From Lytechinus pictus (Eukaryota), in NCBI RefSeq assembly GCF_037042905.1, contig NC_087263.1:12402001-12466000 (forward strand): a stretch of DNA of 64,000 bases. The letters run 5' to 3'. This document shows, piece by piece, positions 11,527 to 25,560 of this stretch. Under the pieces are notes generated by a model that ran no database searches, had not been told where the DNA came from, and saw only the letters and a list, made by a program, of their open reading frames with translations. Positions within the stretch are counted from its first letter, which is position 1. Every line of letters begins with the position of its first letter. The position numbers and the translations under genes were made by a program.

Positions 11527-12864
11527 ACGTGAACATAACATAACATATGTTATGCAGGGACCGCTGGTAGAGCAGTTTCCTAACTGAAGTGGCTACCCTG
11601 AGCAATTAAAAGGTTATTATTCATCATATTCAGGTATATAAGGACGATATACTTGACAAAATAATGTCGATATATTTATCTTGACAAGTCGACTTAATAA
11701 TTTCATCGCGTCGACTTATCATGTCGACTTATTGACCTGTAAGTTTACATGATATCGTAAGGTTTCTCGGCATGCCGACTTCTAAAAAATATACAGGTCC
11801 TGTTATGTGATTCATACTGCGTCAATGCTTAAATTCAACAGTGTGAAGATATTTTCACACTGTGGACACCTCGACAGTGTGACTGTTCACAGCGTGTTCA
11901 CATGGTCGACTGTGTGATTATGTGATTCACAATGTTGCAATGCTCAAACAATGAGAAGGGGATTTCACATTGTGTTCCACACTGTGACCACAATGTGCCA
12001 CACAATTTAATTGGGCCACTGTCCATTAGGGTGATTTTTTGGTAAGAACATTTTGGTCGACTTGGTAATTAAAGTTATGTCACCATGCCAGCATAGGCTT
12101 ATAACTTTTAAAAAGTATCTTGACAACATAATTTTGTCGTCATGACTACGACATGTAATTTATAGATGAAATTGGTCACAGAATGAATCGTTTTTTCGTC
12201 ACCAAGGCTTTCCAAAAACAAAATATCAGAGTATTTTCTCATGTTTTGTAACATTTTCACTGTACGCATGTTTATAGCAATTGCCATGCATGTCAGTGAA
12301 AGCAATATTCAAATTTTAAATAAAAAAGCATAATCCTACTCGATTGAGATTCGGCTTGTAAAATATGATGACAAAATCATATTCTTTGCCAGATAGAGAA
12401 TGGAAGTCCCGGGAGGGTTTCATGAAAAAGCTTTGTCAGTGACTTCACTGAATTATTTGCTCTCAGCCAATCAGGTGCAAGGATTTCAGTAGCTTATAAC
12501 AATAGGCAGTGAAAATCATCGACTATTTTGTTTCATGAAATGCTTCCCTGCTCACAAGCCATCAAAATGACACCTTATACACCTGTTCTTCGATATCTGA
12601 ATATTCGACTCTTCTTTGACAGACATCTCAGATTTCAGTTGAAAATAAGCCAACTTACAGAGAGATTATACATGTATAGGGCAATGTAAACTTCATGTGA
12701 ATATATGAATTCAAATTAAATCCTCAAAGTCTGGATAACGTGCTTTCAGCTTAGGCATTACATATATCTTGTTACTGTATTATCGAATTACCATTCTGTT
12801 TTATACCACAATTTTGGCGGGAGCTCCTGAATTCATCATTACTGTGATACCTGTTTTATCATGT

Positions 12865-13464
12865 TTATTCATGGGAGTAAGAAAGCAGAAATTTGATAGC
12901 ATTTTTTAAATATATATCCAGTCCTGTTTTCAGCCGGGGAAATGCTAGCAAGACATTGCTCTCTGATGTAGAAAGATACTTTAATAACATAAATAATGAG
13001 AGAACTGTATCTCTGTCTTGCATGATCTGTGATGACATTAAAGGGACAGTTAATTCTTGCTGGCGTAAAATAAGCTTTAAATCAAAGAAGAAAATTGCGA
13101 CAAACATGAAGAAGAATTGATGAGAGACCATTACAGCGTAATATGTGCTTATGACCATCTGATATTTTGTTGTGTCACCTTAAAAAAGCCCCTCTTAATG
13201 TTATGGAGTGTAAACAAATTACTTTTTCCGGGTTAATGATTCTTATAAGCATGTATGAATTAATGTTTCTGCTGGTAGATTGTGCAAAAATATTCAAGCA
13301 TTTAACACAAAAAAATATGAGAAATGGCAACTTACGGAATTGATCTTAAATGACAAAACATCGAATTCTTGTCTCTGTTGTTCTTTGAGGGGTTTTGCCA
13401 AACCTTTCTCAATAGACTTTATGCAGTGACGCCACCGCACCGCCAACTTAGAGGCTGAAGCCAT
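12865..13464 (-). pseudogene. Candidate two-exon gene fragment or pseudogene of unknown protein (exon 1 13464-13336; exon 2 from ~13074)
   Basis: ATG at 13464 opens 43 codons (MASASKLAVRWRHCIKSIEKGLAKPLKEQQRQEFDVLSFKINS) ending at a phase-0 GTAAGT donor. A pyrimidine tract plus AG gives an in-phase LILRQQELTVPLMSSQIMQDRDTVLSLFMLLKYLS...SYSHE* stop at 12865. No family recognised. Confidence 0.4.
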
Positions 13465-15731
13465 TGCCTTGCATGCGTCGTTGATCTGCAGCTGGCGCAT
13501 CTCTGACAACTCCGTTCACGCGTATTCCTGTATCCTCTGAGGGAGGGCGCTATGAGATTCTGACGTCATATGTATGATATTGTACTAAACTTTCCAGTAT
13601 GTTGCATTAAAGCGAATTTTACTTCAGGGTGACGTTCCGCTTTAATTCCGAAGCGGTGAATCTTTCATCCCTACATCAGCGCGAAGCTGAATATTTTATG
13701 AAGCTGTCTTTGTGTAAAAGGTCTGCGATTGATCCAGCTAGGATATTAGTGTATGGAAGGGAAGGAGGCGTGATTGGGCGCGCAACGCTACAAGCACACC
13801 AACGAAACCTATCTCAGCCCGATCAAATTTATGACCTTATATTGAATGGCGTATTATCGGTCGGTTTTGGAAACTGGTTTGATCAGTGTGGCTGCGGTTA
13901 CATAATACACAGTCACAGTACGGAAGCCGGCTCCATACCGATCAAAGATATTACGCTATTCGAATGGCATGTTATCGGTCGGTTTGGAATCGATTTCGTT
14001 TGTGTGACTGTGGCGTAACACGGATTAATGAAAGCGTCAAATTGGCAACGCGAGAGGGGAAATAAGCATTGACGCTCTATCGAACTCACGAATCGATTAT
14101 TTAGAAAGGTCTTATTCCCGCTGTTGTTCAAACATGATTATGTGGTACTATTTGGAAATACACAGGGGGTATTGGAAAGGTGATTCTTTTTTAGATGTAA
14201 CGATTTTCTGTTAGTTTCTTATGATTTGATATTCATGTTTTCATGCAATATCATTCAGTATGGTATTGCCATAGAACGTACTTCAAGCATCTGCATCATG
14301 GATGTATACTTTAAGTTTAACTTATTAAAAAAATCTCTTATATACGCAAAAAAACAACAAGAACCGTGTTTACAATAACAGATAAAAGCTAAGCAATTCC
14401 ATAAAATGATCAACTTTTTTCTACGTCCGACCCCCAATTTTTCTCAAATCTTACTTCACTTCATAAACTGACCAAGTCATGGTCCTTTGAGAACATTACA
14501 GACTGTCAAAACAACAAGAAATTAGAGACAGAAAATTTCATGAAGGTCCCACATATAGCATGTATAGGGGATCGGACGTTGACGTAATATGCGCAAAGTC
14601 TATTTTTCAGGATTAACATGTAGAAGCATAGTGCAGAAGTCATGGAAGTGACAGAAGTGACGTCACAATATTGGCTAAGTTTGCGCGCATGTATAATGAA
14701 ACCTGAATGAAACGTTACGGTGCGCGAATCGTAGAATGAACTTTGAACGTCATCCAATCGGTAATGGGCCCATTATTGTTCGTGCAATTATGTTGAATTG
14801 ACGGGTTGGCAATTTATTTTGAACTTGAAAATTGAGTTTAGTTACTGTAACAATGCTGAATGAAAAGCATTGGAAATGCCCATTTTATAAGTGCACAGTT
14901 GGAGCTCAGTCAATTACTCATAGGTGTTAAGAACATCACCAATCCGCGTTTCGGGGACAACACCTAATGTTGGTGTTAAAAATACAGTGTGGGGTTAATG
15001 GGTTAGTGACACCCTATACTTGATTGTGTTCAATTCCCGATGGTACACTTGATATGCTTGGAATAAAATATTTCCTTTAATCATGTTAATGATCATCGAA
15101 TTAATTTTATAATGGCTCTAATGTATTTTGAATGCACCAGAACGCTTCAACAAGATGGTTGAATTATGCAATGGTTGAGTGATGGGAGAGAGAGAGAGAG
15201 AGAAAAAAGGCCAAACTGATTATCAAATTGATTGTGAAATGGATCCAGTAAACATAGAATAGTAAACATTATAACCCTAGCAATGTATGCAATCGCATGA
15301 AGTATAGGGGGGTAAACACGTGGAGAGCCTCATTGAAGAATATCTGATCTGAAATTTTGAATGACGGTGCCGTACCATGCTTGAAATCGTGTTTGCATTT
15401 GTGATAAAACGCGAAAATTTTGTCGTTTCGGGGCGTCCTTTACACAAGCCCTGTCAATTTTATCGGCCGGGGGAGTGGTAAGCAGTGTCTCTTCTTGAAT
15501 AAAATATTTCGTAATATGATTTGAGTTATCTTGGCCAGGCTACGTCAGAGTTGATTTCTGGTTATTTTTATTACGGGGGGGGGGGGGGGTCTGACGTCAT
15601 TTGATAATTCGAATAGACTAAGATAAGTACTACGTTTAAACAACCAATCTTTTTTTTCTCTATTCGCCCCATTTCACCCCATTTCACTAGGACCTATTCA
15701 TAGGGGCTGTTGCCCCCCCCTTGCTGCAAAG

Positions 15732-16125
15732 ACCACAGTGTCACACAGTGTGATCACGGTGTGTTAACATAGTGGACTGTGTGAAAATATTATTCACACT
15801 GTCAAATTGCTCAAATTCAACAGTGTGTACATATTTTCAAACTGTGGACACCTCGTCAGTAAGACTGTTCATTGTGTTCACATGGTCGACTATGTGAATA
15901 TGACTGTGATTCACACTGTTGAAATGCTCAAATTCAACAGTGTGAAAAAATTTCACACTGTGGACACCTCGACAGTGTAACTGTTCACAGTGTATTCACA
16001 TGGTCGACTATGTGAATATGTGATTCGCACTGTTGAAATATTCAAATTTAACAGTGTGAAGGTGATTTCACATATTGTTCCACACTGTGAACATACTGTG
16101 GGACACTTTGTATTTTCCTGTGGGG
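15732..16125. repeat. Element with ~120-bp internal tandem units rich in CACAGTGTG motifs (related copy ~11805-12010)
   Basis: CTCAAATTCAACAGTGTG..ACTGTGGACACCTCG..TTCACATGGTCGACTATGTGAATATG is repeated. Confidence 0.75.
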
Positions 16126-16779
16126 ACACCCCTGCATGAACTTCCTGTGGCGCCGGCCCTTAAATTGATATGTGGTAACGATTTGAAGAACATGTCTTAC
16201 ACGATGAAATTGATATATTCAATTCAAACTCAAGTTTTATCGTTGTCCCCTCCTTCTCTCCCCCTCTCTCTCATCATCTTCTCCCCCTCTTCCTCCTTTC
16301 TTGCTCCCTATATCTCTCTCTCCCCCCAACCTCCTCCCTCTTTCTCCTTCCTCTCTCCCTCTCTCTCATCCTCCTCCCTTCCGTCCTCTCTTTCTCCCGA
16401 CCTCTCTCCCTATCTTCCTCCATCTTTTCCCCGGGCTCGTTCCCCATCTCATAGCCCATATCTTCGCTCAATCTGTCATTGTGTGTAAATATCCCAGTTA
16501 TTTTGCTTTCCCAAGCCGCTTGTTTTAGCACCACTCTTTCCTCACATTGTCATGATCATGCCTTTCCTGGCCGAACACTTTTAAAGGAACTCATCAACCA
16601 CTGAAAGACATAGGTCAACAATGCGAAAGTATTATTTTTAGAATCCCCAGCTTTGATGTGTGCTGTATTGAGTATTACTATTATGGATTATCCCCCCCCC
16701 AAAAAAAAAAAAATAATAATAATAATAATAAAATACACAGGGAGAATAACAATGAAATTTGTGCAGATACTTTCAAGAT

Positions 16780-17044
16780 GTGGATAAGTCTCCGGATTTG
16801 GAACCACAAGGTCCGGGGTTCAAATCCCATCACAGCACTCCCACCCTTCGGCAAGACATTTAGCTACATTTGCCACTCTCCACCAAGGTGTAGTAAATTG
16901 GTACCCGGTAGGAAAGAATTTCTTGAATGCTCGAGGGTTCAACCAGAGTAGCCGGGCCAAAGCCGGGGTAATACTATGTAGCGTTAAGAAACATGATATG
17001 AAGCGTTAAATATATAAATGTTGCATATTAGTATTGTTATTATT
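16780..17044 (+). mobile_element. tRNA-derived SINE (CORE-like body), 5' degraded
   Basis: B-box GGTTCAAATCC, body CCTTCGGCAAGACATTTAGCTACATTTGCCACTCTCCACCAAGGTG..GGTACC, and tail TATATAAATG..(TAT)n. Confidence 0.75.
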
Positions 17045-17972
17045 GAATGAGATTAAAGCCATCTTTGAATAAGTTTATTTGGAATCGAAGTAAGCATGAG
17101 TGTAGGAACTCGTAGTAATCGATGCAGCAAATGGATGAATTCATATGATCCAAAGACAGAGTCAACTTCACTCCTAAAAAGGATTGATCATAGTAACCAA
17201 TCTGTTGGTGGATATACTCTAAATTGCAGGGATTGAAAGTAAATCCAGCTGGACTGTAATTAGGGACCGATCGAATTCTGGATTTATTTTTTAATCATAA
17301 AACTTTCCCTTTACAAATCTCAAGAATTGAATTTGAATCCTTTGAGATTAAAAAAAAAATCATCATAAGGATTAAAACTAAATCCACAATTAGATTGGTC
17401 CCTATACAGTCCACCTGAATTTGATTTAAATCCCTGCAATTTAGAGTCCCCGGTCGATGAAAATGGTCAATGTCAACTAAGATTTTAGTAGATTCTCTCC
17501 AATAAATTGGTGGATTTCGACTATTTTGGGTAATTTTGACCATTCCTCATCAAGAGTGTATGCTTAATCACATCGCTTATAGCAAATAATTGTGGACACT
17601 TGTATATCGCTTCGACAGTTAATGTCGGTCTACTTGTACATTATCACGATAAACAATGTTAACATAATTATGTTTGCAAATCGTTTATGCCAGTGAAACC
17701 TATAATATTTTGATCATTTTGGTTTCAGAATCTTGAAATTTGAGTCTCTTAATATCCAATTTTAGTTTCGTTAGGCTCTCATAATTGATTCTTATTAGTG
17801 GCGTAGTGAGGCAAATGTTTGTTGGAAGGCCAGATATGGCGTATGGGGCAAAATGTCAAAAAAGCTGCGAAAGAGCGAAACGAGCGAGCAAAATATTATA
17901 TTTCTAATACAAATGTCTTATTTTGTGATAGATTTTGGCATGATATTCAAAGAATAATATTATATTTGACCC

Positions 17973-19561
17973 CAGCGGCGTAACAGGGGTCGGTGGCCAG
18001 GGGGGGGGGGGGGGGGGCAAGAGCCAAAATTTCCCGGTCATATCATGGTATGAACAGGCGTAATGAGGCGACGATTTTGAGAGGGCCAGACATTGCGGAT
18101 CAGGCAGATTTTATCTTGTGAGTAGCGAGCGAAGCGAGCGAGCAAAAATTTTGACATGATATCCAGAGACCAGAGAATATATTTCACTCGTCTCTCTTTC
18201 CATTCCTTTTCTTGTGATCTGTACGCCACTGTGAACAGGATTATTTGCGGAAGTAGCGTGCAGAGTAAACAAAACAAAAAACGAGGGGCGCAGTATGGCA
18301 CATGTGCTAAAAAGCTGCATGATATAAGTCCCGAGCGAGCGAAGCGAGCGAGAAAAAATCACCTTTTCATGAGAATCTAACTTTGAGATATTTTTGACGT
18401 TATATTCAGTAAATAAAACCATATCCTACACTTTTCCTTTGCTTTTTCTTTCCTCCTTTTTTTCTTGGTAGAACTTTTGGGGACCATGGCCCAACCCTTC
18501 CATACTAATATACGGCAGTGCTATGCGGTTGGGGTCTGTGGCGGAGCCCCCGGAAGTTCTTGATATCAAAGCCATTTAAACCTCGCAGATTGCCGCTATT
18601 TAATCAAATCGCGGGTATATACAGAATATAGCTTTTACACAACACATCTATTCAACCCAGTTGAACCAAATATTTTGAGGGGTCAAAACATAGCAATGTG
18701 GGAAAATGTGTTAAAAAAAAAAACAGTCGCCAGCGAGTAAAGCGAGCTGGAAAAAAATTGCCTATTGAAATTAAATTCTAATCATGTGATAGATTTCTCC
18801 ATTATATTCAGCAAATAACACATTTCATTGTTTCCATTAATTTCATATTATGTTCTCTCCTATAATTTCTTTTATTTCCTCTTTGGTGTTGAACCAAGAC
18901 CCCCCCCCCCCCCGCGCCTGTACGCCAGTGATTGAACGTTAAGCTTAATGTAGGAAGGGTCCCTACAGGGGGCGTAATAGAGCCATTTGCAGGTCATAGA
19001 TGAAGAGCCCCTACTGCTTGGGGTCTGGGGCGAAGCCCAGGTAGCTTATTTGCATAAAATTTAGCAAGCTAATAGCACAATGTTGTATGCACTCCATCCT
19101 TTTTCCCGCTCTTTATTTTCTATCCTCGTCAGCCCGGTCGTGTTATTAAGTTTTTATTTCTTGTCCCTTTTCTTTGTTTTCCAATTTAGCTTTTGACTAA
19201 TTCCATTCTACCTTCATTTCCCGCTATTGTTTGCCATTTTGCCATCTTTTAATCTATTTCCCATCATGCTATTGCGCTACTTGGGTCTATTTTGGAATGA
19301 TTTGTTCTTTCTCAAATGTTCTTCTTTCGTTCTTCTTCCAGCTTTCCTTCCTTTTCCATTCCAAAAAAAAAAAATCTTTGTTTTCTTTCCACTTTTCCCT
19401 TTCTCTTTCCTTTTTCTCCTTTCCTTTCCCTCTTTCCTTCCCCTTTCCCTTTCTTTCTCCCCCTTTTATTTTTTTCCCGTTTTTTTTTTTTTTCCCGGTG
19501 AAATCCGCCAGGAGGGGCAGCTTGCCCCCCCCTGCCCCCCCCCCCGCCTGTTACGCCACTG
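17973..19561. mobile_element. hAT-type non-autonomous element (1589 bp) containing further hAT-MITE fragments
   Basis: TIRs CAG(C/T)GGCGTAACAGG with an exact 8-bp TSD TTTGACCC (17965-17972, 19562-19569). Internal ends of related elements (..GTACGCCACTG, ..TACGGCAGTG) and CGAGCGAAGCGAGC motifs are present. Confidence 0.85.
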
Positions 19562-20489
19562 TTTGACCCTTTTTCTTTCCCTTTTGTCCCTCATTCATGT
19601 TGCAACCATGGTTTTCAAATACCATTAAAAACATCCGTCATTGAAAAATCATAATCCTAGAACTCCCGTATCAGTTGAACACTGCCTTCATGCGTTCTTT
19701 TTTAAGCGTGTCGGTAACATGACAAAAAAGTGAACTAAAATGCGATCTCAATACGTTTGATCATTTCCAGATCAATTTCAATTGTCCAACACAAACTGGA
19801 GATTTTTATCTAAAATAAAATATAATTTATATAGCCCCTTTTGAATTATAAGGTGAATTGGCCGAGGGGGGGGGGTAGGAGGAGGTACGTATCCCAGACC
19901 ATTATATATGATATATTTGTAATTTACTTTCATTTACTGGTTAAAATCTTTCAGAAATGCACGTCATAAGTGTAATTTTTTTGAGGGGGGAGGGTGACAT
20001 TATTTTTTCAGAGAATGTGCCCCCCCCCCCCTCCACTCCGTGCAAATTCTCCACAGCAGTTATGGGCCTAAATGTTATATTGCCAGCTCCTGTTTTGTGC
20101 CGACTCCCTCCGCTCACCCTATTCATCACTGTCATAAGCCTCGCTATATAAAGGTGCACCCGTGTCAACTTCAGAAATTCTCTAGATATTTGAGCGTGTC
20201 TAATAAGTATTTTTAAGAGATACATACTTTAGAGATGCATGTTGGTAGCAAACTACCATCTGATCAGACAATATTGAAATTTAAATTTTTAATAACACTT
20301 TATCTTCCTCACAAAACGAACGAAGGTTTACTCCACTGGAGGGGGGGGGGGGGGGTATGAGGTGATATACTGCTCCTTTCAAAAATTTTGAAAGTGAACA
20401 AACATAAAAGAGGTGGAAAGAGGATCAAAGATGAAACAGGAAGAAATGTTAACAAAGGGTATGGAAAAAAAAGTGGAAAGAATGACCAG

Positions 20490-20619
20490 GGTCCCGTAAC
20501 ACAAAGTTTAGCGATTGATCGTACGCTTGATTTACACTATTGATCGTACATTGTAGTCAGTGCATTCAATAATAGAAAAAATGTTCTACGATAATTGCTA
20601 AGCTTTGTGTTACGAGCCC
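20490..20619. mobile_element. Short Harbinger-like MITE
   Basis: TIRs GG(T/G)C(C/T)CGTAACACAAAG with CAG-type flanks. Confidence 0.7.
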
Positions 20620-23199
20620 CAGGGTCAAAAATCTGTATTTTTCACTAGAAACGCCCCGTCACCTTCATGTCGTCCTGCCCCACCCCCTCTTACGGAAATA
20701 ACCGGCCCCGCTCCCGCTGTGAAAATAAAACAAAAAAGGTGTGTGGATATTTAGGTTTTATTCCTCAGTTTTAAGGGTTACATTTCTCCCTACACTCTAA
20801 ATATCAAGAATTTAAAATCAATCCAGATCGGCTGTGGATAGTGACCTGCCGAATTTTTGATTTTTTTTTAATCTTTAGGATTAACTTTCAAATCTCAAAA
20901 AGATTAAATTCAAATCTTTTATATTTATATTTATATTTATATTTATATCTACAAGGTCTATTATTTGGCTGGTTACTATTCACAGTCGATCTGGATTTAT
21001 TTTAAATCTTTGATTTTAGAGTTTATGTGGGTTTAATTTCTGTGCGACCTATATATTTTCTTGATTTTGTCTATTATTTAGGGTTACATTATTTTTTTCA
21101 AGGGATGAAATCTAAGGAATATAAGCATGTGGAAAAAAACCCTCTAATGAGTCACTTGCCCGTCCAATGTAACACTTTGCCCAAAGTCAAAGTGACACAA
21201 TTTGAGCCAAACTGTTTCAATATTATGGACACATTGACTCACTTTTACACGAGTGACTCATCGTTTTATATCAAATCTATAAGGCACAAACCTGACAACT
21301 GATAATGAAATTAAAAACGTGCGTATAAAAACCTTTTTGTATTTTATCGGGTAAAAAGTCCGATGGTAAAATTATTTTGTAATACTTGATGTTTTATAAA
21401 TTAGATATGATGCAATCGGGCACTGGCGGATCCAGGGGGGGGGGGGGGGGCACAGCCGGCCCGTGCTAAAAAAATCTATATAAGTGTTTTTTCATCAAAG
21501 CGATTTTGTTTTGGCGGACATCATGACCTAATTATTTAATTAATTTGGATAAATATAAGTTTATCTGCAAATGAATACTTTCAGATAGGAACGTTGATTA
21601 GAACGTACTGGAATTTCTGTCGACTTATAATTTTTTTTTTGTCTGACGCAATGTTATTTTTAAGATGCACATTGGTTGTTTTGACCATGTATAACTACAC
21701 AAAAACTTCCTGTTTTGACCACCTCTAGCTGAATTCCAAAATGAATTCCAAAATCTCAAAATAGTCCTAATTACGACTTCACTACGCATTACAGGATGTG
21801 GACACCTCAGAAAACACCATTAATCAGTGCATAATGATCTATTTTTGAGCATGAAGGGACGGTGATTTCAAAACGCATCTCAGTCCTACAACTCATGTGA
21901 TTGTGATACTATATCATCGGACAGAGTGAATTGCCCGGGGGACTCCCAAGTTCGTACTCTAATAGCTTGTTTTTCCTCCTCGGAAATTAAGCAAATTAAG
22001 GACTTTCCTTCTACACTTCGGGGGGAGTTATCAAAAGGAGGAAGACAGAGATGGAGACATAAAAATACATCAGGCCCGAGTTTTTCCTTCTCTATTTATG
22101 TTTGAAACCATTTTACAAAGCCTCGCTATGATGTCGGTCAACTATTAGTTTCGTGACAATATTTGAATCAGTATAAATCCGTTAACATGATTATAGCAGC
22201 CCATATGGTATAAGCATACTGTAGTGGATATATATATTTTTTGCTACTTTACATGAAAATTTATCTTGGTCGGAAATGCTTTTCAATATCAATGGAGCTT
22301 AGATCACGTGGCGTGTGTAAGCCTGTGCTTGCATGTGACGTCACATAATTATATATTTTTTTAAAGTTATAACTCTTATTCATTATTCTTCTACGGATTA
22401 TCGTCAATTTATTTTCTGTTTTTTTTTTATTGGGGGGGGGGGGAGGGGGTTGTTGGATTTTTGTTTTTCTTATGTTGTGTATTGTATTGTATTGTATTTA
22501 TTTATTTATTTGTTTATAGGCATATATATATATATTATATATATTATTTTACTTGTTTATTTATTTATTATTATTCTTTTTTTTTTTTTTTTGGGGGGGG
22601 GGGCTTTTGTTAGTACTAAATTTACATCTGGATGAGCTAAGTCTGCAGGCACATATACCCTTGGATTTTGGCAAAATTATTGTTTAATATAGAGTCTGAA
22701 GGAATGGAACGGTTTCCCTTAAGCTTTGTATTCAGACCATGTTCTTCGAGTGAAAGGTTTGGATATAAACCAGTAAGATGCGAATAAAAAAAAATCCAGT
22801 GCGATATGTGAAGTGAATTTAACGTTAACCCGACTTGTAGTGACATCTGTTTTATTACCCCTGTTGCATACCTATCCCTCCATGTCAGTAGCGGTTAAAA
22901 TTCAAATTAAATTCAAATAATCCCGGATACGCGGAAACTCGAAGAACCGAGGCATGAAGTAATTGGATAAGCGAGTGATCCGTCACCGCTTGTTGCTAAA
23001 ATCTGACAGAGGTAAATAACTCCACTATCACACATGTTGGTCGTAATAGGTCCATGGTGATACCAACTATCATGAGAAGTAATTCTTGTCGCACGTGGGA
23101 TTTTTTGCGGAAGCGTTAAAGCGCTATAATTCTACTCGCCCAAAATAGCGAGATAGAACGTGTCTTCTTGCCAAGTCGACTTTATAGCCATGCATGTTA

Positions 23200-23336
23200 C
23201 AGGGGCCGCGGAACGGTTTTGAAAGTAGGAGGGGGGCTGACCATGCAAAAAAATCACAATCTGATGGTCGTTTTTACGTTTTTGTCCACGTTTTGGAAAA
23301 AAAGTGGGTGGGGGGGGGGGGGGTCTGCTGCCCCTG
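23200..23336. mobile_element. CAGGGGCCGCGGAAC-terminated MITE (siblings 49784-49949, ~55134-55279)
   Basis: Shared body GGGGGGCTGACCATGCAAAAAAATCACAATC and CAGGGG..CCCCTG ends. Confidence 0.75.
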
Positions 23337-23861
23337 CATAACATGTCGACCAATTAACATATGAAGTCTGACTAACTTGACATTTCGACGTACGCTTTAA
23401 AGGGATTGTTTTAATAACTTTATTCAGGACCTAATTTTTTTTTCCTTGCAGCTAATGCATATCATTTTAAAGGGTGGAATCACCTGAGATTTCAAAGCTA
23501 GTTGATGGCTGAATTGATGTAATAATGATGACTCCAGTAATAAGCCTCCACTAGGACGCGCAAGTTAACACTGTAGACTATGGAGACAAATAATCATACA
23601 ATGATGACTGTGAAATATATTGTCAGGTTTTCTTCGTGAAACATTATTGCTTGAACTGACAGCATATGAGGCCCCAGAGCTCATATTCCAAACCTCCACA
23701 GACCCTTTAAAGTGACAGTCTGCTCAACGAAATAACGCGGAATATTTTCTCGACAATTTGACTCAGTAGTCGTGCCTTATCATGTCAACCTTTCACATTG
23801 CAGAACCTGTTAAGTCAACATGTCGACATACTTGCAAGTAATCATGGCGACTTGCACGAGA

Positions 23862-24065
23862 TGGTGACACGACACTTGCTCCTGCGACAATTACTCCGGG
23901 TTTAATTTCGTCTGAGATGTAGGGTCAGTGTTAGGGATGCAATAGGGCTTTATGGTAGGTTTAGGATAGGGTATAGTGTTAAACCCAGGGTTGAAGTTGG
24001 TCATTCGATTAGTGTGTGGATTTTAAAGCGGAGCAATTGTCGCCGGTGCAAATGGCATGGAACCA
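23862..24065. mobile_element. MITE with TTAGGG-like interior (reverse copy 41967-42164; related ~51615-51800)
   Basis: GGTGACACGACACTTGCTCC...GGAGCAATTGTCGCCGG..CATGGAACC matches the reverse complement of 41967-42164. Confidence 0.8.
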
Positions 24066-25560
24066 GCATATTATGTTGCCTTTATGATTTCAACTTGACG
24101 AGATACAAAAATGTCGCCAGGTTGACTTAGAATGATACTATAGGTCTACGGCGTCACAAGGCTATCAATTGAATCGACAAGTTAACGAGAACCCACCATC
24201 TTGTGCAGTATAATGATGATTCCACAGTTTTTAACCTGTCATGATCTTCGGGTCATAGCCGACAACTATAATTATATTGCGCTAACAATACGCTAATAGA
24301 TCGAGGTCCTGTCACAACCGGTAGTGTCTCAGCATTGCCTGACATCACAACTGACAACGCGTCAGTGACATTTTGGATTCTTTGGGATTAACGTTTAATA
24401 TCACCACCCGATAGATGTGGCAAGGCCGACTGTTATTTGGTGCTCTGTTAGTGCGCACATCCTTTTCTGTCCGGCCGTATGGGTGGTTTATATCATTTTA
24501 TATTTCAATATTTTACTGGGACTGATCACTCTACCTTGCTAATTCTGAATTATTTCTATATAATGTTAGCTTTTTGCCAATATTGTAATACTACCAAGAT
24601 TAATTTTGATTTGTCTGCTGTGCCCTGTTACCATGGTTACCGTATGTTAGACGTAATGGTAACGATTGAATGTAATGCGATGGAAACTTGTTTGCCCACC
24701 CCTCCTTCCTCTTTTCTCCGTTTATTCCTTCCTTACCCATAATGCATCGTTCATATTTGTTTAAGATTCACTCGTCAAACCTGACTGAAGTAGGCCTACC
24801 ACATGTTTGAATGGAAATATTTTTTCAGGTAAAACTCCTTTTTGAAGATTTGGTGTCACTCTTTCCGATCTAGGTATATTAAGAAACGCCACCTCCCCTC
24901 AATTCACCTCCCCCATTCACCCTCCCCAACACCCCCTGCACCGCCACCCGCCACCTCAATACTGCCACTTATCCCCCCCCCCCATGAGAAGGCGCAGACC
25001 CTATTAACTCGAACTCCGTTATTACCCCCCCCCCCCCCAAACACACACAAACTCATTTGGAAGCCGCAGATCCATTAATCCGATCTTCGTTTCATATTTA
25101 TTAGGAAACCATTATGACCATGGAACCCGCGATCTGGAAAATCGTCGTTAGCTCTGTAATGTATTCACCTAATCGTTTGAATGGCCATCGCTTTAATTGC
25201 ACATCCCTCAGTTTTAAAGAAGCAATATAAGTTTCAGAAAGGCCTTTCGTCGTTATACTACGAATTCCTTGATACACTCACGGTTTCTTAAAAAAAAACG
25301 ACCACGCCATTCATCACATCTTCGAAGGAAGCCATTTTGGGAAGCCATTTTAAGCTTATTTGTTTGAAAGAGAGAAGGCCTACCACACCCACTTATCTTC
25401 TCTAACGATGCAGGCTTGGCGAGTTTCGACACGATTTAACATTGGTCTAACTCATAGCGTATCTGTTCTTCACGCATTGACATGCATTTTGTGGATGTTT
25501 TGATGGAAATATTTTGAGAATTCTTTGGGAAACTTGCCTTTGTTGTGGATTGCCGCAAAA

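Larger units (their letters stand above)
10896..11621 (+). mobile_element. tRNA-derived Meta-like SINE, split by nested insertions (head 10896-11040, tail ~11547-11621)
   Basis: A-box TGGCTCAGTGG, B-box GGTTCGATCCC, body CATACCAAAGACGTATACAAATGGGACCTTCTGCC. The tail GCTGGTAGAGCAGTTTCCTAACTGAAGTGGCTACCCTG also occurs in reverse at ~52560-52606. Confidence 0.75.
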
